Notes under the pieces: generated by a model
Told to the model about the DNA's origin: nothing
Seen by the model: only the letters and a program-made list of their open reading frames with translations
Database searches by the model: none
Shown: piece by piece, positions 10,051-18,987 of the stretch
How the letters are laid out: each line of letters begins with the position of its first letter
Numbering within the stretch: the first letter of the stretch is position 1
Position numbers and translations under genes: made by a program
Source: Lysobacterales bacterium
GTDB lineage: Bacteria; Pseudomonadota; Gammaproteobacteria; Steroidobacterales; Steroidobacteraceae
Assembly: GCA_003819815.1 (NCBI GenBank)
Contig: RPQJ01000018.1
Span: 1-49,418 of the forward strand
Direction of reading: 5' to 3'
Length of the DNA: 49,418 nucleotides

Positions 10051-12105
10051 TCACCGCAGCTCGATCGCGCCGACGTCGCCGGGCTCGCCGGCGGGTCGCG
10101 CGGTGCCGCGCTGGTCCTCCGCGGCCCGCGTCGCCTCGAACGCGCTCCGCGTCTCGACCGTCATGCGGATGCCCGGGTTCTCGGCCAGCGCGCCGCTCTG
10201 GAAGAGCGCCCGCCACTCGTCGTCGCCGAGTCCCTCGGGCCCGACCGCCGGTGCCGCCTGCGCGAGCGCCGCGTCGAGTCGGTGCCAGAACTCGATGTAC
10301 GGGTGGTTCGCGAACTCGCGCGGCCAGGTCTGCGCAGGGCCGAAGAACTGCGTCGCCGCGAGCGTCGTGATCGGGCGGCCGTCCGGGTCGCGATAGGGCT
10401 GCGCGCCCGCGACGGCCGCGTCCGTGTCTGCCGACTGCAGGAACGCCTCGAAGTCCGCCTGGAACGCGGCTGCGTAGCCTTCGAGCCCGAAGTGGCGCTC
10501 GAGCCGCTCCAGCAGCACGGCGAGAAAGGTGTCCGTCGCTTCCGCCGACAGCGAGTACTCCGCGATCGTCTCGTCGACGGTATAGGCGTACGCAGGCACC
10601 TGTCCGAGCGCGGTGCCGCGGGGCTCGTAGTACAGCACCGTGGGCCCGCCCGCGGCGACGCCGGCGGACGGGAACGTCGGATCCGTCGCAACGGCGGCCA
10701 CATCGACGACGTCACCGAGCGCGACGCCCGCCGCGTCGCCGGCCTTGGGAAAGTGACGCCGGCTCAGCGACTCCCACCCCGCCCACGGGACGGGCACGAG
10801 GATCTGGCTGAAGTCGATCGCGCCGATGCGGTTGTAGCCCATGCTGCGGAAGTGCACGAGCGAGCCCGTGTAGACGTCGTGGGCGTAGCGCTGGCCGCCG
10901 ATCTCCTCGACCGTGTTGCCCGCGACGATCGAGTGCCCGAGCGTCATGCGCTCGACCGCGTGCGCGTTGCCGACCGTGGCCGCGATCCCGCCCGCGAGGT
11001 TGCGACGGCCGAGGCTGTCCGTGCGCGCGACGCCGCGCGCCGTGTTCTCGGCCACGGTCGAGGCGTGAACCTGCAGGAATCCGTTGGAGAAGTAGATGCC
11101 GGCCCCGCGCCAGTAGCCCATCGCGAGGACGGGCGGCGGCAGGCCAGGCGCGGGCTCCGCAAGGTTGCGTGCGATCGTGCTGCTCGTCACCCGCAGCGCG
11201 TTGCTCTCGCCGATGCCGCCACCGTCGGAATACAGACCGGCACCGTAGGCGTAGACGCCGCGGATCGCGTTGCCGGTGATCGCGGATCGCTCGACCGTTG
11301 ATACGGCGCCGCGCTGGCCGGGGCCACCGACCACGAAGACTCCGCCGCCCGCCGCGCCGGCCCCGAGTGCGGTGTTGCCGGCCACGACGCAGCGCTGCAT
11401 CTCGAGCAGGTTCGCATAGACGGCGCCCCCGAACGCGCCGCGGTCCCGCGACGCTTCGAAGTCGCCCTGCACGTGGTTGTCATGGAAACGGCAGTCGCGC
11501 AGCCGTGCGACGCCCCAGACGGCGAGCGCGCCGCCCCGCGCGAGCGTCCACGGCTGGTCCGTCGGCGCACCGACGGGCAGCGGCTCCGCCACGCTGCGGC
11601 CGCCGCTGATCGAGACGTTGACGAGCGTCAGGTCGCCGTCGACCGCGAGCACGCGAGCGCCGGGCGAGTCGCCGCCGCTCCACGCGATGGTGATGCCGCG
11701 CGGCAGCGCGGAGGCATCGATCACGACGTCCTTGCGTGCGTACAGGGCCGAGCGCCCGTAATCGCGCTCGAGGTAGCCGACGAGATACGACACCGGGCCG
11801 CTTGGCTCCTCGCGGATACCCATCACCTCGCCTTTCAGGCGCGTGTGCTCCTCGGCCACCTGCGTGAGGGACAACGTCGCACCGTCGAGCCGCAGGTCGA
11901 ACGTGATCGCCTGGCCCGACGGCGCTGCGGCGAGCGCCGAGCGCAGCGTGACCGTGCCGGCCGCGGGCGCAGCCTCGTCGAGCAGGCTCGTGACGACGAG
12001 CGGCGAGACCTGGGGCCGCTCGCCCGACGAGGAGGACCCGCCGCCGGAACAGGCCGCGAGCCCGATGAACGCGGCTGCCAGCGCCGCGATGCGTGGAACG
12101 TGCAC
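10051..12105 (-). CDS. right-handed beta-helix repeat lipoprotein (choice-of-anchor-Q / PMP-repeat-like), function unknown
   Basis: Lipobox AAFIGLAAC-SGG. N-terminal TLRSALAAA motif. Recurrent GGA(L/V)-type coil motifs (GGALAVWG, GGAVYAN, GGGVFVVG, GAGLYSDG, GAGIYFSN). C-terminal ...GDVGAIELR. Confidence 0.72.
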   Translation of the reverse strand: MHVPRIAALAAAFIGLAACSGGGSSSSGERPQVSPLVVTSLLDEAAPAAGTVTLRSALAAAPSGQAITFDLRLDGATLSLTQVAEEHTRLKGEVMGIREEPSGPVSYLVGYLERDYGRSALYARKDVVIDASALPRGITIAWSGGDSPGARVLAVDGDLTLVNVSISGGRSVAEPLPVGAPTDQPWTLARGGALAVWGVARLRDCRFHDNHVQGDFEASRDRGAFGGAVYANLLEMQRCVVAGNTALGAGAAGGGVFVVGGPGQRGAVSTVERSAITGNAIRGVYAYGAGLYSDGGGIGESNALRVTSSTIARNLAEPAPGLPPPVLAMGYWRGAGIYFSNGFLQVHASTVAENTARGVARTDSLGRRNLAGGIAATVGNAHAVERMTLGHSIVAGNTVEEIGGQRYAHDVYTGSLVHFRSMGYNRIGAIDFSQILVPVPWAGWESLSRRHFPKAGDAAGVALGDVVDVAAVATDPTFPSAGVAAGGPTVLYYEPRGTALGQVPAYAYTVDETIAEYSLSAEATDTFLAVLLERLERHFGLEGYAAAFQADFEAFLQSADTDAAVAGAQPYRDPDGRPITTLAATQFFGPAQTWPREFANHPYIEFWHRLDAALAQAAPAVGPEGLGDDEWRALFQSGALAENPGIRMTVETRSAFEATRAAEDQRGTARPAGEPGDVGAIELR

Positions 12106-12198
12106 GGCGAGTGCCTCGATGCCCGTGACGGCATCGATGCTACGCAGCGATTCCTCGCGACGCGTCCGTGGATACCCGGACCGGCGGCTGCGCCGCTG

Positions 12199-13083
12199 CT
12201 ACTTCTTGACGGGCTTCTCGAAGCGCAGCGTCATGCGGTCCGACTCGCCGATCGAGAGGTACTTCGAGTGGTCGAAGTCCGGGTTCGATTCCTGGCCCGA
12301 GCCGTACGCCGTTGAGCGCAGCGCAGGCGGCAGCGTCCACACGCCGAACGGGTGATCCTTGGTGTCCTTCGGGTTCGCGTTGATCTCGGACTTCGCCGCG
12401 AGCCGGAATCCCGCCTTCTCGGCCTGCGCGATCACGTACGCCTCGGTGACATAGCCGCTCTCGGGCTTCTCCGCGGCACCCTCCGGCAGTGGATCGGCGC
12501 GGTGCTGCTCGACCGCCAGGATGCCGCCCGGCTTAAGCGCGTTGTAGAAAGCGGCGAACGTCTCCTCGACCGTTCCCGGCTCGTCCTGCATCCAGCCGTG
12601 GATCGAGCGTCCGGTGAGGATGAAGTCGAACTTGTCGGCGGGCAGCGTGCGCGTCACGGCGCCCCAGTCGAGAATATTGATCGGTCCATAGATGTCGGGC
12701 TGCGCACCGTAGCGCTCCTCGAAGCGCTTGCGGGCATTGCGGGCGCCCTCGGATAGCTTGGCGTTCGCGAGGTCAGCGCCCGTCGCGTAATAGGCGCCGC
12801 CGGTACGCTTCGCATACGGCGCGAGGATCTCGGTCCACCACGAGGCGCTGCCGGGCTGGATCTCGAGGATCGTCATGCCCGGCGCGAGGCCCCAGAACGT
12901 CAGCGATTCGACCGGGTGCCGATACCGGTCGCGAGCTTTCGCCTCGTCGCTACGCCACGCGCCCGCGACGACTTCGACGAGCACGGGATCGACCTTGGAG
13001 CCGGAGGCAGCCGTGTCGGCATGGCTCGGCTGGACTGCGGCCACGAGTGCGAGGGCGACAGCGGCAAGGCGGGCATGGGGCAT
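12199..13083 (-). CDS. signal-peptide-bearing class I SAM-dependent methyltransferase-like protein (COG4798-like), copy 1
   Basis: The ATG at 13083 is preceded by GAGGAG. Signal peptide MPHARLAAVALALVAAVQPSHA. Degenerate motif I: ILEIQPGSASWW. Motif ALKPGGILAV. Paralog of 28314-29096. Confidence 0.75.
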   Translation of the reverse strand: MPHARLAAVALALVAAVQPSHADTAASGSKVDPVLVEVVAGAWRSDEAKARDRYRHPVESLTFWGLAPGMTILEIQPGSASWWTEILAPYAKRTGGAYYATGADLANAKLSEGARNARKRFEERYGAQPDIYGPINILDWGAVTRTLPADKFDFILTGRSIHGWMQDEPGTVEETFAAFYNALKPGGILAVEQHRADPLPEGAAEKPESGYVTEAYVIAQAEKAGFRLAAKSEINANPKDTKDHPFGVWTLPPALRSTAYGSGQESNPDFDHSKYLSIGESDRMTLRFEKPVKK

Positions 13084-13189
13084 GCGGATTCTCCTCGGGA
13101 AGGCGTATGCGCGAGGCACGGGTCCGTCGCGCCGGTCCCGTCTTTTAGCACGACGGCCGACCATGGATTCAGTCCTTCGAAAACGACGA

Positions 13190-13215
13190 GGCCCCGGGAC
13201 TTGCATCCCGGGGCC
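13190..13215 (-). terminator. rho-independent terminator downstream of the OmpW/OmpA fusion gene
   Basis: Perfect 10-bp stem ggccccggga/tcccggggcc with a 6-nt loop. On the minus strand it is followed by tcgtcgttttcg (T-run). It lies 29 nt after the stop at 13244. Confidence 0.65.
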
Positions 13216-13243
13216 CCGCTGCAGGCTCACGCCCGCGCGTCGA

Positions 13244-14494
13244 TTACATGCCCGAATCCGTGCGGATCAGCATCACCCGACGGTTCATCTGGCGGCCTTC
13301 CGCCGTCGCGTTGTCCGCGATCGGCTTCAGCTCGCCGTGGCCGATCGACTTCAGCCGCGCCGGGTCGATGCCGCGCGAGCTCAGGTAGTCGAACACCGCC
13401 TTCGCGCGACGGTCGGAGAGCGCCTGGTTGTACTCCTCCGTGCCCACGCTGTCCGTGTGTCCTTCCACCAGCGCCGTCGCGAACGGCACGTCGTTCATGA
13501 ACGTCACCACGCGCTCGAGCTCCGTGAGCGACTCGGGACGCAGTTCCGCGCTGTCGAAGTCGAACAGCACCTTCAGCGTCTGCTCGAGCGGGCAGCCCGC
13601 CTTGTCGACCTTCGCGCCCGCAGGCGTGTTCGGGCACTTGTCCACCTCGTCGCACACGCCGTCGTTGTCGCTGTCGACGCACTTAGCCGGGGGCGGCGGC
13701 GGCGGCGGAGCGACGACCGGAGCCGGAGCCGGCTCGGGCGCGGCCACCGGGGCCGGAGCGCCGAAGCGACGGCCGATGTGCAGGCCGTACACCATCGGGT
13801 TGATGTCGATCGTGCCGGCGTCGACCTTGGCGCGGACGCCATTGACGTTTGTCGGCACCAGGATCTCGGCATCCGACTCGATCTGGATGTAGCGCACCTG
13901 CGCATTCATGAACCACTTCTTCTCTTCGCCCGGGAAGAGATCGACGCCGATGACGCCGGCGGCGCCCACGGAATCGTCGAGCGAGAGCTCGGTGCGATTC
14001 GGCAGGCCCACGGCCTGCAGCACGCTCGGCCGCAGCTCTTCGCCGCTGAACATCGTGTAGTTCACGCCGACGCCGATGTACGGCTGCACGTCGGCCTTGT
14101 AGCCGAACGGACGCCACACGAGGCTCAGCGTCGGGGGCAGGTGATCGACGGAGCCGATGCGGATGTCGTCACCGCCGGCGAACGGCTTCAGGTCGACGCC
14201 GTGCGTGAACGGATATGCCGCAAGCAGTTCCACGCCGAACTGGTTCGTGAACATGTACGTCACGTCGAACGTGAAGCTGATGTCGCTGTCGACGACGAGC
14301 GTCGACTCGGGGATGCCCGTGCCGGGGACCGGCCCGAACGGCTGCAGGTTTTCCGACTCAGGATTCACCTGCGAGAAGCCGGCGCGGACGATCCAGTCGC
14401 CCTTCTGCTCACCCGGCGCACTGTCGGCCATCGTCGCGAGCGGAGCCGCGACCAGCGTGGCAGCGACGGCTGCCTTGAGGAATTTCGAGTACAT
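13244..14494 (-). CDS. outer-membrane protein: OmpW-family beta-barrel + Pro-rich linker + TSP3-like Ca-binding repeat + OmpA C-terminal peptidoglycan-binding domain
   Basis: The ATG at 14494 is preceded by GGGAG. Signal peptide MYSKFLKAAVAATLVAAPLATMA. OmpW signatures: GVELLAAYPFTH, DHLPPTL, PYIGVGVNYT, barrel ending GLHIGRRF. Linker: PAPVAAPEPAPAPVVAPPPPPPP. TSP3-like repeat: DSDNDGVCDEVDKCPNTP. OmpA_C: GHTDSVGTEEYNQALSDRRAKAVFDYL. Confidence 0.87.
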   Translation of the reverse strand: MYSKFLKAAVAATLVAAPLATMADSAPGEQKGDWIVRAGFSQVNPESENLQPFGPVPGTGIPESTLVVDSDISFTFDVTYMFTNQFGVELLAAYPFTHGVDLKPFAGGDDIRIGSVDHLPPTLSLVWRPFGYKADVQPYIGVGVNYTMFSGEELRPSVLQAVGLPNRTELSLDDSVGAAGVIGVDLFPGEEKKWFMNAQVRYIQIESDAEILVPTNVNGVRAKVDAGTIDINPMVYGLHIGRRFGAPAPVAAPEPAPAPVVAPPPPPPPAKCVDSDNDGVCDEVDKCPNTPAGAKVDKAGCPLEQTLKVLFDFDSAELRPESLTELERVVTFMNDVPFATALVEGHTDSVGTEEYNQALSDRRAKAVFDYLSSRGIDPARLKSIGHGELKPIADNATAEGRQMNRRVMLIRTDSGM

Positions 14495-14872
14495 CAGAGA
14501 CTCCCTACTTAACAGAGGACTTCTGCAACGCAGTATAGCCGCTTTCCCGGCACCGGGATTGCGTTCTTTGCTTACCACAACGTTGCCAGTGTATCGCATT
14601 GTACGGGGAGTTGGATTCCTGAAGTCCAGAGATTTCAAGGTTTCTTCTGCCCGGCGCCCGGTTGCAGCCCATGATGCAAAATCGCAACATCCACGGTGCG
14701 AGCGGCTCAGGCACCGGTCGGGTGTGCATTTCGGCCACGGCCGCAGTCGTGCCGGAGGCCGGCCGGCACGGTCTCGGCACCCTTCCGTGCCGTGCCCGCC
14801 GCCCGAGTTAGAAATGATTCTCAATCAAAGACTTAAGGCGGCCGAACGAGCTCGTCGGTGCGTGGCGGCCCG

Positions 14873-15469
14873 TCAGAGCACGTGCGCGGATGCGACCCAG
14901 AAGAGTTCGCACGCGCCGGCCCCGGTGTCGTCCCGCCGCAGCGACGTCCGCCACTCGAACCCGTCGGACCTGGAGACGTCGACGAGGATTCCTTCGAGCC
15001 GCACGAGGTGGCCCGCCCGCACCGACTCGAGGATGCGACGCACCCCGGCGGTCGCCGGGATCAGGTGCATGTTCGCGCTGTGCAGCAGCGCCTGCCCCAC
15101 GTCGATCGACGGATCCTCGGGGTACAAGGTGTAGAAGCGCGAGCCCTGCGTGATGCGGAAGCGACCGACCAGACGGTTGTCGGACATCGGCCCCCAGCCG
15201 AGGGCCAGGTCCACCGGCGCGAGCCGGGCGCCGGCATCCCAGCGATAGTGCTCGACGGAAAGGACCCGGGCTTCGACGTCGAAGCGGGCGCGCGGCTCGA
15301 GTTGGTAGCCGTGGAGCGACCACGCCGGCCCGGTCAGCGGCTCCTGCCGAGGCGATCGGGGTGCGAGTTCGCCCTCCGGCGTGCGGATCCGGGGCTCAGG
15401 CCACAACGCGGCGACGCCCCCGATGAGCGCGAGGCACGCGATCGCTAGTTTCACCCGGTCACCGAGCAT
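14873..15469 (-). CDS. hypothetical membrane-anchored protein
   Basis: N-terminal TM/anchor VKLAIACLALIGGVAALW. Good GC3 bias. No family recognised by eye; it has a conserved-looking C-terminal RRDDTGAGACELFW segment. Confidence 0.55.
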   Translation of the reverse strand: MLGDRVKLAIACLALIGGVAALWPEPRIRTPEGELAPRSPRQEPLTGPAWSLHGYQLEPRARFDVEARVLSVEHYRWDAGARLAPVDLALGWGPMSDNRLVGRFRITQGSRFYTLYPEDPSIDVGQALLHSANMHLIPATAGVRRILESVRAGHLVRLEGILVDVSRSDGFEWRTSLRRDDTGAGACELFWVASAHVL

Positions 15470-15545
15470 CCGACGCCGGCCTCCGTCCGCGACTGCGGGC
15501 CGCAGGCGCTATGATCCGCGGCCACGACGGACCGGAGTGCGAAGC

Positions 15546-17192
15546 ATGTCGAAATTCGTTCGGTGGGCTGCCGCGTGCGCGGCGAGCCTCGCCGTCGCCG
15601 GCTGCCGGACCGGCGCCGTCGATCCGTCCACTGCGGACGCACCGGCTGCCGCTGCTGCGCCGGTTGTCGCGGCGCCCGCCCCGGCCACGCTGCCCGTGCC
15701 GTGGTGGAAGAACGCGGTGTTCTACGAAGTGTTCTTGCGCTCGTTCGCCGACTCGACGACCGGCCCGCTCGCGAACGACGGCATCGGCGACTTCCAGGGC
15801 CTGATCGAACGGCTCGACTACCTGAACGACGGCGATCCCGCGACCACCACGGACCTCGGCGTCACGGGACTCTGGCTCATGCCGATCAACCCGTCGCCGA
15901 GCTATCACGGCTACGACGTCACCGACTACTACGGCATCAATCCGCAGTACGGCACCCGTGCCGATTTCGAGCGCCTGCTGGCGGAGTGCCATCGGCGCGG
16001 CATCCGCGTGATCGTCGATCTCGTCCTCAACCACTCGTCTTCCCGCCACCCTGCGTTCCAGGCCGCGCTGCGCGGCGACGCCGCCCATCGCGACTGGTAC
16101 CTCTTCGTGCCGCCCGACCGCGTGCCAGACGTCGAGGGCCCGTGGGACCAGGTCGTGTGGCACGAGGCGCGCGGCCTCCACTACTACGGCATCTTCTGGT
16201 CCGGCATGCCGGACCTGAACTACCGCAACCCGGCCGTCACCGCCGAAGCGTACCGGATCGCGGCATTCTGGCTCACCGAGATGCGCGTCGACGGTTTCCG
16301 CCTCGACGCGATCCGTCACCTCATCGAGGATGGCGACGTCATGAGCGACACGCCGGAGACGATCGCCTGGCTGCAGGGGTTCCGGAAGCACGTGCGATCG
16401 GTCGACCAGGACGCGCTCGTCGTCGGCGAGGTCTGGACCACGACCGACACCGTGAGCCAGTACCTCCACGCCGACGCGCTCGACCTCGCGTTCGAGTTCG
16501 ACCTCGGCAGCGCGTTCCTGGATGCGGTCCGCACGGGCGACGGAACGAAGCTCGCCTACGCCCTAGACGAGGCGACGGCGGCCTACCCGGACGCGCGCTA
16601 CGCCACCATCCTCACGAACCACGACCAGAATCGCGTCGCGAGCGAACTCGGAGAAGTGCCTGCGCGGCTCGCGCTCGCCGCGACGCTGCTGCTCACCGCG
16701 CCCGGCGTGCCGTTCATCTACTACGGCGAGGAGATCGGGCAGGTCGGCGCGAAGCCGGACGAGATGATCCGCAACCCGATGCCGTGGACGCCCGGCCCGA
16801 ACGGCGGGTTCACGCAGGCCGCGCAACCGTGGGAACCGTTGCAGGACGGGCACGAGCGCCGCAACGTCGCGACGCTCGACGCCGACCCGGATTCGCTGCT
16901 GCACCACTATCGCCGGCTCGTGCGGCTGCGGCAGGCCGAGCCCGCGCTGTCGCGGGGCTCGTACCGCAGGGTCGACACCGGCCGCGACGACGTGATCGCC
17001 TGGCAACGCGAGTTCGAGGGACGGCGCCTGGTCGTCGTCGCGAACCTCTCGGGCCGCGAGATCCGCGACTTCGCCCTGCCCAGCGACGCCCCGGTGACGA
17101 CCGTCGACCTGATCACGGGCCAGGCCGTCGTGTCCACGGGGCGCCTGAGCCTCGCGGCGTACACGGCCGTCGTCCTCGCGGACGGCGGCTGA
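15546..17192 (+). CDS. GH13 alpha-amylase-family glycoside hydrolase, lipoprotein
   Basis: Lipobox SLAVAGC. GH13 conserved regions: DLVLNHSS, GFRLDAIRH, GEVW, NHDQNR. The ATG at 15546 was chosen over the ORF-track start at 15381. Confidence 0.86.
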   Translation: MSKFVRWAAACAASLAVAGCRTGAVDPSTADAPAAAAAPVVAAPAPATLPVPWWKNAVFYEVFLRSFADSTTGPLANDGIGDFQGLIERLDYLNDGDPATTTDLGVTGLWLMPINPSPSYHGYDVTDYYGINPQYGTRADFERLLAECHRRGIRVIVDLVLNHSSSRHPAFQAALRGDAAHRDWYLFVPPDRVPDVEGPWDQVVWHEARGLHYYGIFWSGMPDLNYRNPAVTAEAYRIAAFWLTEMRVDGFRLDAIRHLIEDGDVMSDTPETIAWLQGFRKHVRSVDQDALVVGEVWTTTDTVSQYLHADALDLAFEFDLGSAFLDAVRTGDGTKLAYALDEATAAYPDARYATILTNHDQNRVASELGEVPARLALAATLLLTAPGVPFIYYGEEIGQVGAKPDEMIRNPMPWTPGPNGGFTQAAQPWEPLQDGHERRNVATLDADPDSLLHHYRRLVRLRQAEPALSRGSYRRVDTGRDDVIAWQREFEGRRLVVVANLSGREIRDFALPSDAPVTTVDLITGQAVVSTGRLSLAAYTAVVLADGG

Positions 17193-17208
17193 GCGGGGGC
17201 GCGCGGCC

Positions 17209-18987
17209 ATGACGCTGACGGCGCAGATCGCCGTATTCCTCGCGGCGACCGTGATCGCCGTGCCACTGTTCCGCCGCCTGCGGTTGAGCGCGGTGCTCGG
17301 CTACCTGGCTGCGGGCGTCGTGATCGGCCCGTGGGGTTTCGACCTCTTCGGCGACGTCGAGAGCGTCCTGCACTTCGCCGAGTTCGGCGTCGTGCTGCTG
17401 CTCTTCGTCATCGGCCTCGAGCTGCAGCCGTCGCGGCTCTGGGTGATGCGCCACGCCGTGTTCGCGGCGGGCGCGGCGCAGGTGCTGATCACCACCGCCG
17501 CGCTGGCCGTCGCGGCTCGGCTCCTCGGCCAGCCGTGGCCGGCCGCGCTCGTCATCGCCTTCGCACTCTCGCTTTCGTCGACGGCACTGATCCTGCAGGT
17601 GCTCGCCGAGCGCGGCGAACTCACGACGCGGCACGGCCGTGCGACTTTCGGCGTCCTCCTCTTCCAGGACCTCGCGATCATGCCGGCGCTCGTGCTGCTG
17701 CCGCTCGCCGCAGGCGCCGGCTCGCTCGAGTTCGAGTGGCGCTCCGTCCTCGTGCCGCTCGTGGCGGTGGCAGTCGTGGTCGTCGCGGGCCGCTACCTGC
17801 TGCGACCGCTGCTGCGCGCGGTCGCGGGGACGAAGGTGCAGGAGGCCTTCACGGCCGCGGCGCTGCTCGTCGTCGTGGGAACGGCGCTGCTCTTCGACGC
17901 GGTCGGCCTGTCGATGGCGCTCGGCGCGTTCATGGCCGGCGTGCTGCTGGCCGACAGCGAGTACCGCCACGAGCTCGAGGCCGACATCGCGCCGTTCAAG
18001 GGGTTGCTGCTCGGGCTCTTCTTCATCGCGGTCGGCATGTCGGCGAACCTCGGCGTGCTGCTCGAGGCGCCGCTGGCGGTGATCGGGCTCACGCTCGCCT
18101 ACCTCGCGCTCAAGGCCGCGACGTGCACCGTCGCAGCGCGGCTCGCCCGGCAGTCTTCGGCATCCGCCTGGCGGACCGGCGTCGCCCTCGCGGGCGGCGG
18201 CGAATTCGCATTCGTGCTGTTCGCGCTCGCCACGGGCGGCGGCATCGTTTCGCAGGCGACGGCCGACCTGCTGGTCATCGTCGTCACGCTGTCGCTGGTC
18301 GCGTCGCCGCTGCTGATCGCCGCGTCGGATGCGCTCGCGAAGCGCTGGGCACCGCCTCCGCCGCCACCGGCCTACGACGCGATCGAGTCCGAGGAACCCA
18401 GGGTGATCATCGCGGGCTTCGGACGCTTCGGGCAGGTGGTCGCGCGCGTACTGCGCGCACGGCAGATCCGCTTCACGACGCTCGAGGCGAGCCCGGCGCA
18501 GGTCGACTTCGTGCGGCGCTACGGCAACCGGCTGCACTACGGCGACGCTTCGCGGCTCGACCTGTTGCGCGCCGCGGGCACCGCCCAGGCCCGGCTGCTC
18601 GTCATCGCCGTCGACGACGTGGAGGCGTCGATGCGCATCGCGGAACTCGCGCGCAGGCACTTTCCGAAAGTGCGCGTGCTCGCACGCGCCCGCAACCGAC
18701 AGCACGCGTTCCGGCTGATGGAAGCAGGCGTGACCGAGATCTGGCGGGAGACGTTCGCCTCGAGCCTCGAGCTCGCCGAGACCGCACTCGTCGCGCTCGG
18801 GACGCCGCGCGAGGTCGCAGCCGCTCAGGTCCGGCGTTTCCGCGCGCACGACGAGCAGACGCTGCAGCAGCAGGCCGCGATGAAGGACGACGAGGAGAAG
18901 CTGATCGCGACGGCCCGGGCCGCGTCGCGGCAGCTCGAGCAGCTGTTCGAGGCGGACAACGCGTCCACCCGGGAGGTCCGATCGTGA
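17209..18987 (+). CDS. CPA2-family monovalent cation:proton antiporter with C-terminal RCK/TrkA-N domain (KefB/KefC-like K+ efflux)
   Basis: About 12 TM segments, then the Rossmann motif VIIAGFGRFGQVVARVL. About 592 aa, typical of KefB/KefC. Confidence 0.9.
   Translation: MTLTAQIAVFLAATVIAVPLFRRLRLSAVLGYLAAGVVIGPWGFDLFGDVESVLHFAEFGVVLLLFVIGLELQPSRLWVMRHAVFAAGAAQVLITTAALAVAARLLGQPWPAALVIAFALSLSSTALILQVLAERGELTTRHGRATFGVLLFQDLAIMPALVLLPLAAGAGSLEFEWRSVLVPLVAVAVVVVAGRYLLRPLLRAVAGTKVQEAFTAAALLVVVGTALLFDAVGLSMALGAFMAGVLLADSEYRHELEADIAPFKGLLLGLFFIAVGMSANLGVLLEAPLAVIGLTLAYLALKAATCTVAARLARQSSASAWRTGVALAGGGEFAFVLFALATGGGIVSQATADLLVIVVTLSLVASPLLIAASDALAKRWAPPPPPPAYDAIESEEPRVIIAGFGRFGQVVARVLRARQIRFTTLEASPAQVDFVRRYGNRLHYGDASRLDLLRAAGTAQARLLVIAVDDVEASMRIAELARRHFPKVRVLARARNRQHAFRLMEAGVTEIWRETFASSLELAETALVALGTPREVAAAQVRRFRAHDEQTLQQQAAMKDDEEKLIATARAASRQLEQLFEADNASTREVRS

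Noticed and set aside
13686-13762. GC-rich trinucleotide-like repeat (ggcggcggcggcgg... / gccggagccggagccgg) that looked like a VNTR or simple-sequence element
   Set aside because: It encodes the Pro/Ala-rich linker of the OmpW-OmpA fusion in frame, so it is a protein linker rather than a non-coding repeat. Length polymorphism remains possible but cannot be judged from one sequence.
14505-14780. 91-aa minus-strand ORF in the long intergenic region upstream of the porin gene
   Set aside because: Poor codon bias, Cys/Arg-rich, no start context. The region is better explained as promoter or 5' UTR.
17113-18849. 578-aa minus-strand ORF, plus the 17331..18983 part of the 919-aa plus-strand alternative frame, inside the antiporter gene
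   Set aside because: The sequence is charged and low-complexity, whereas the chosen frame encodes a clean 12-TM + RCK protein. Only the last third of the 919-aa ORF (from the GTG at 18984) is real (DUF2891).
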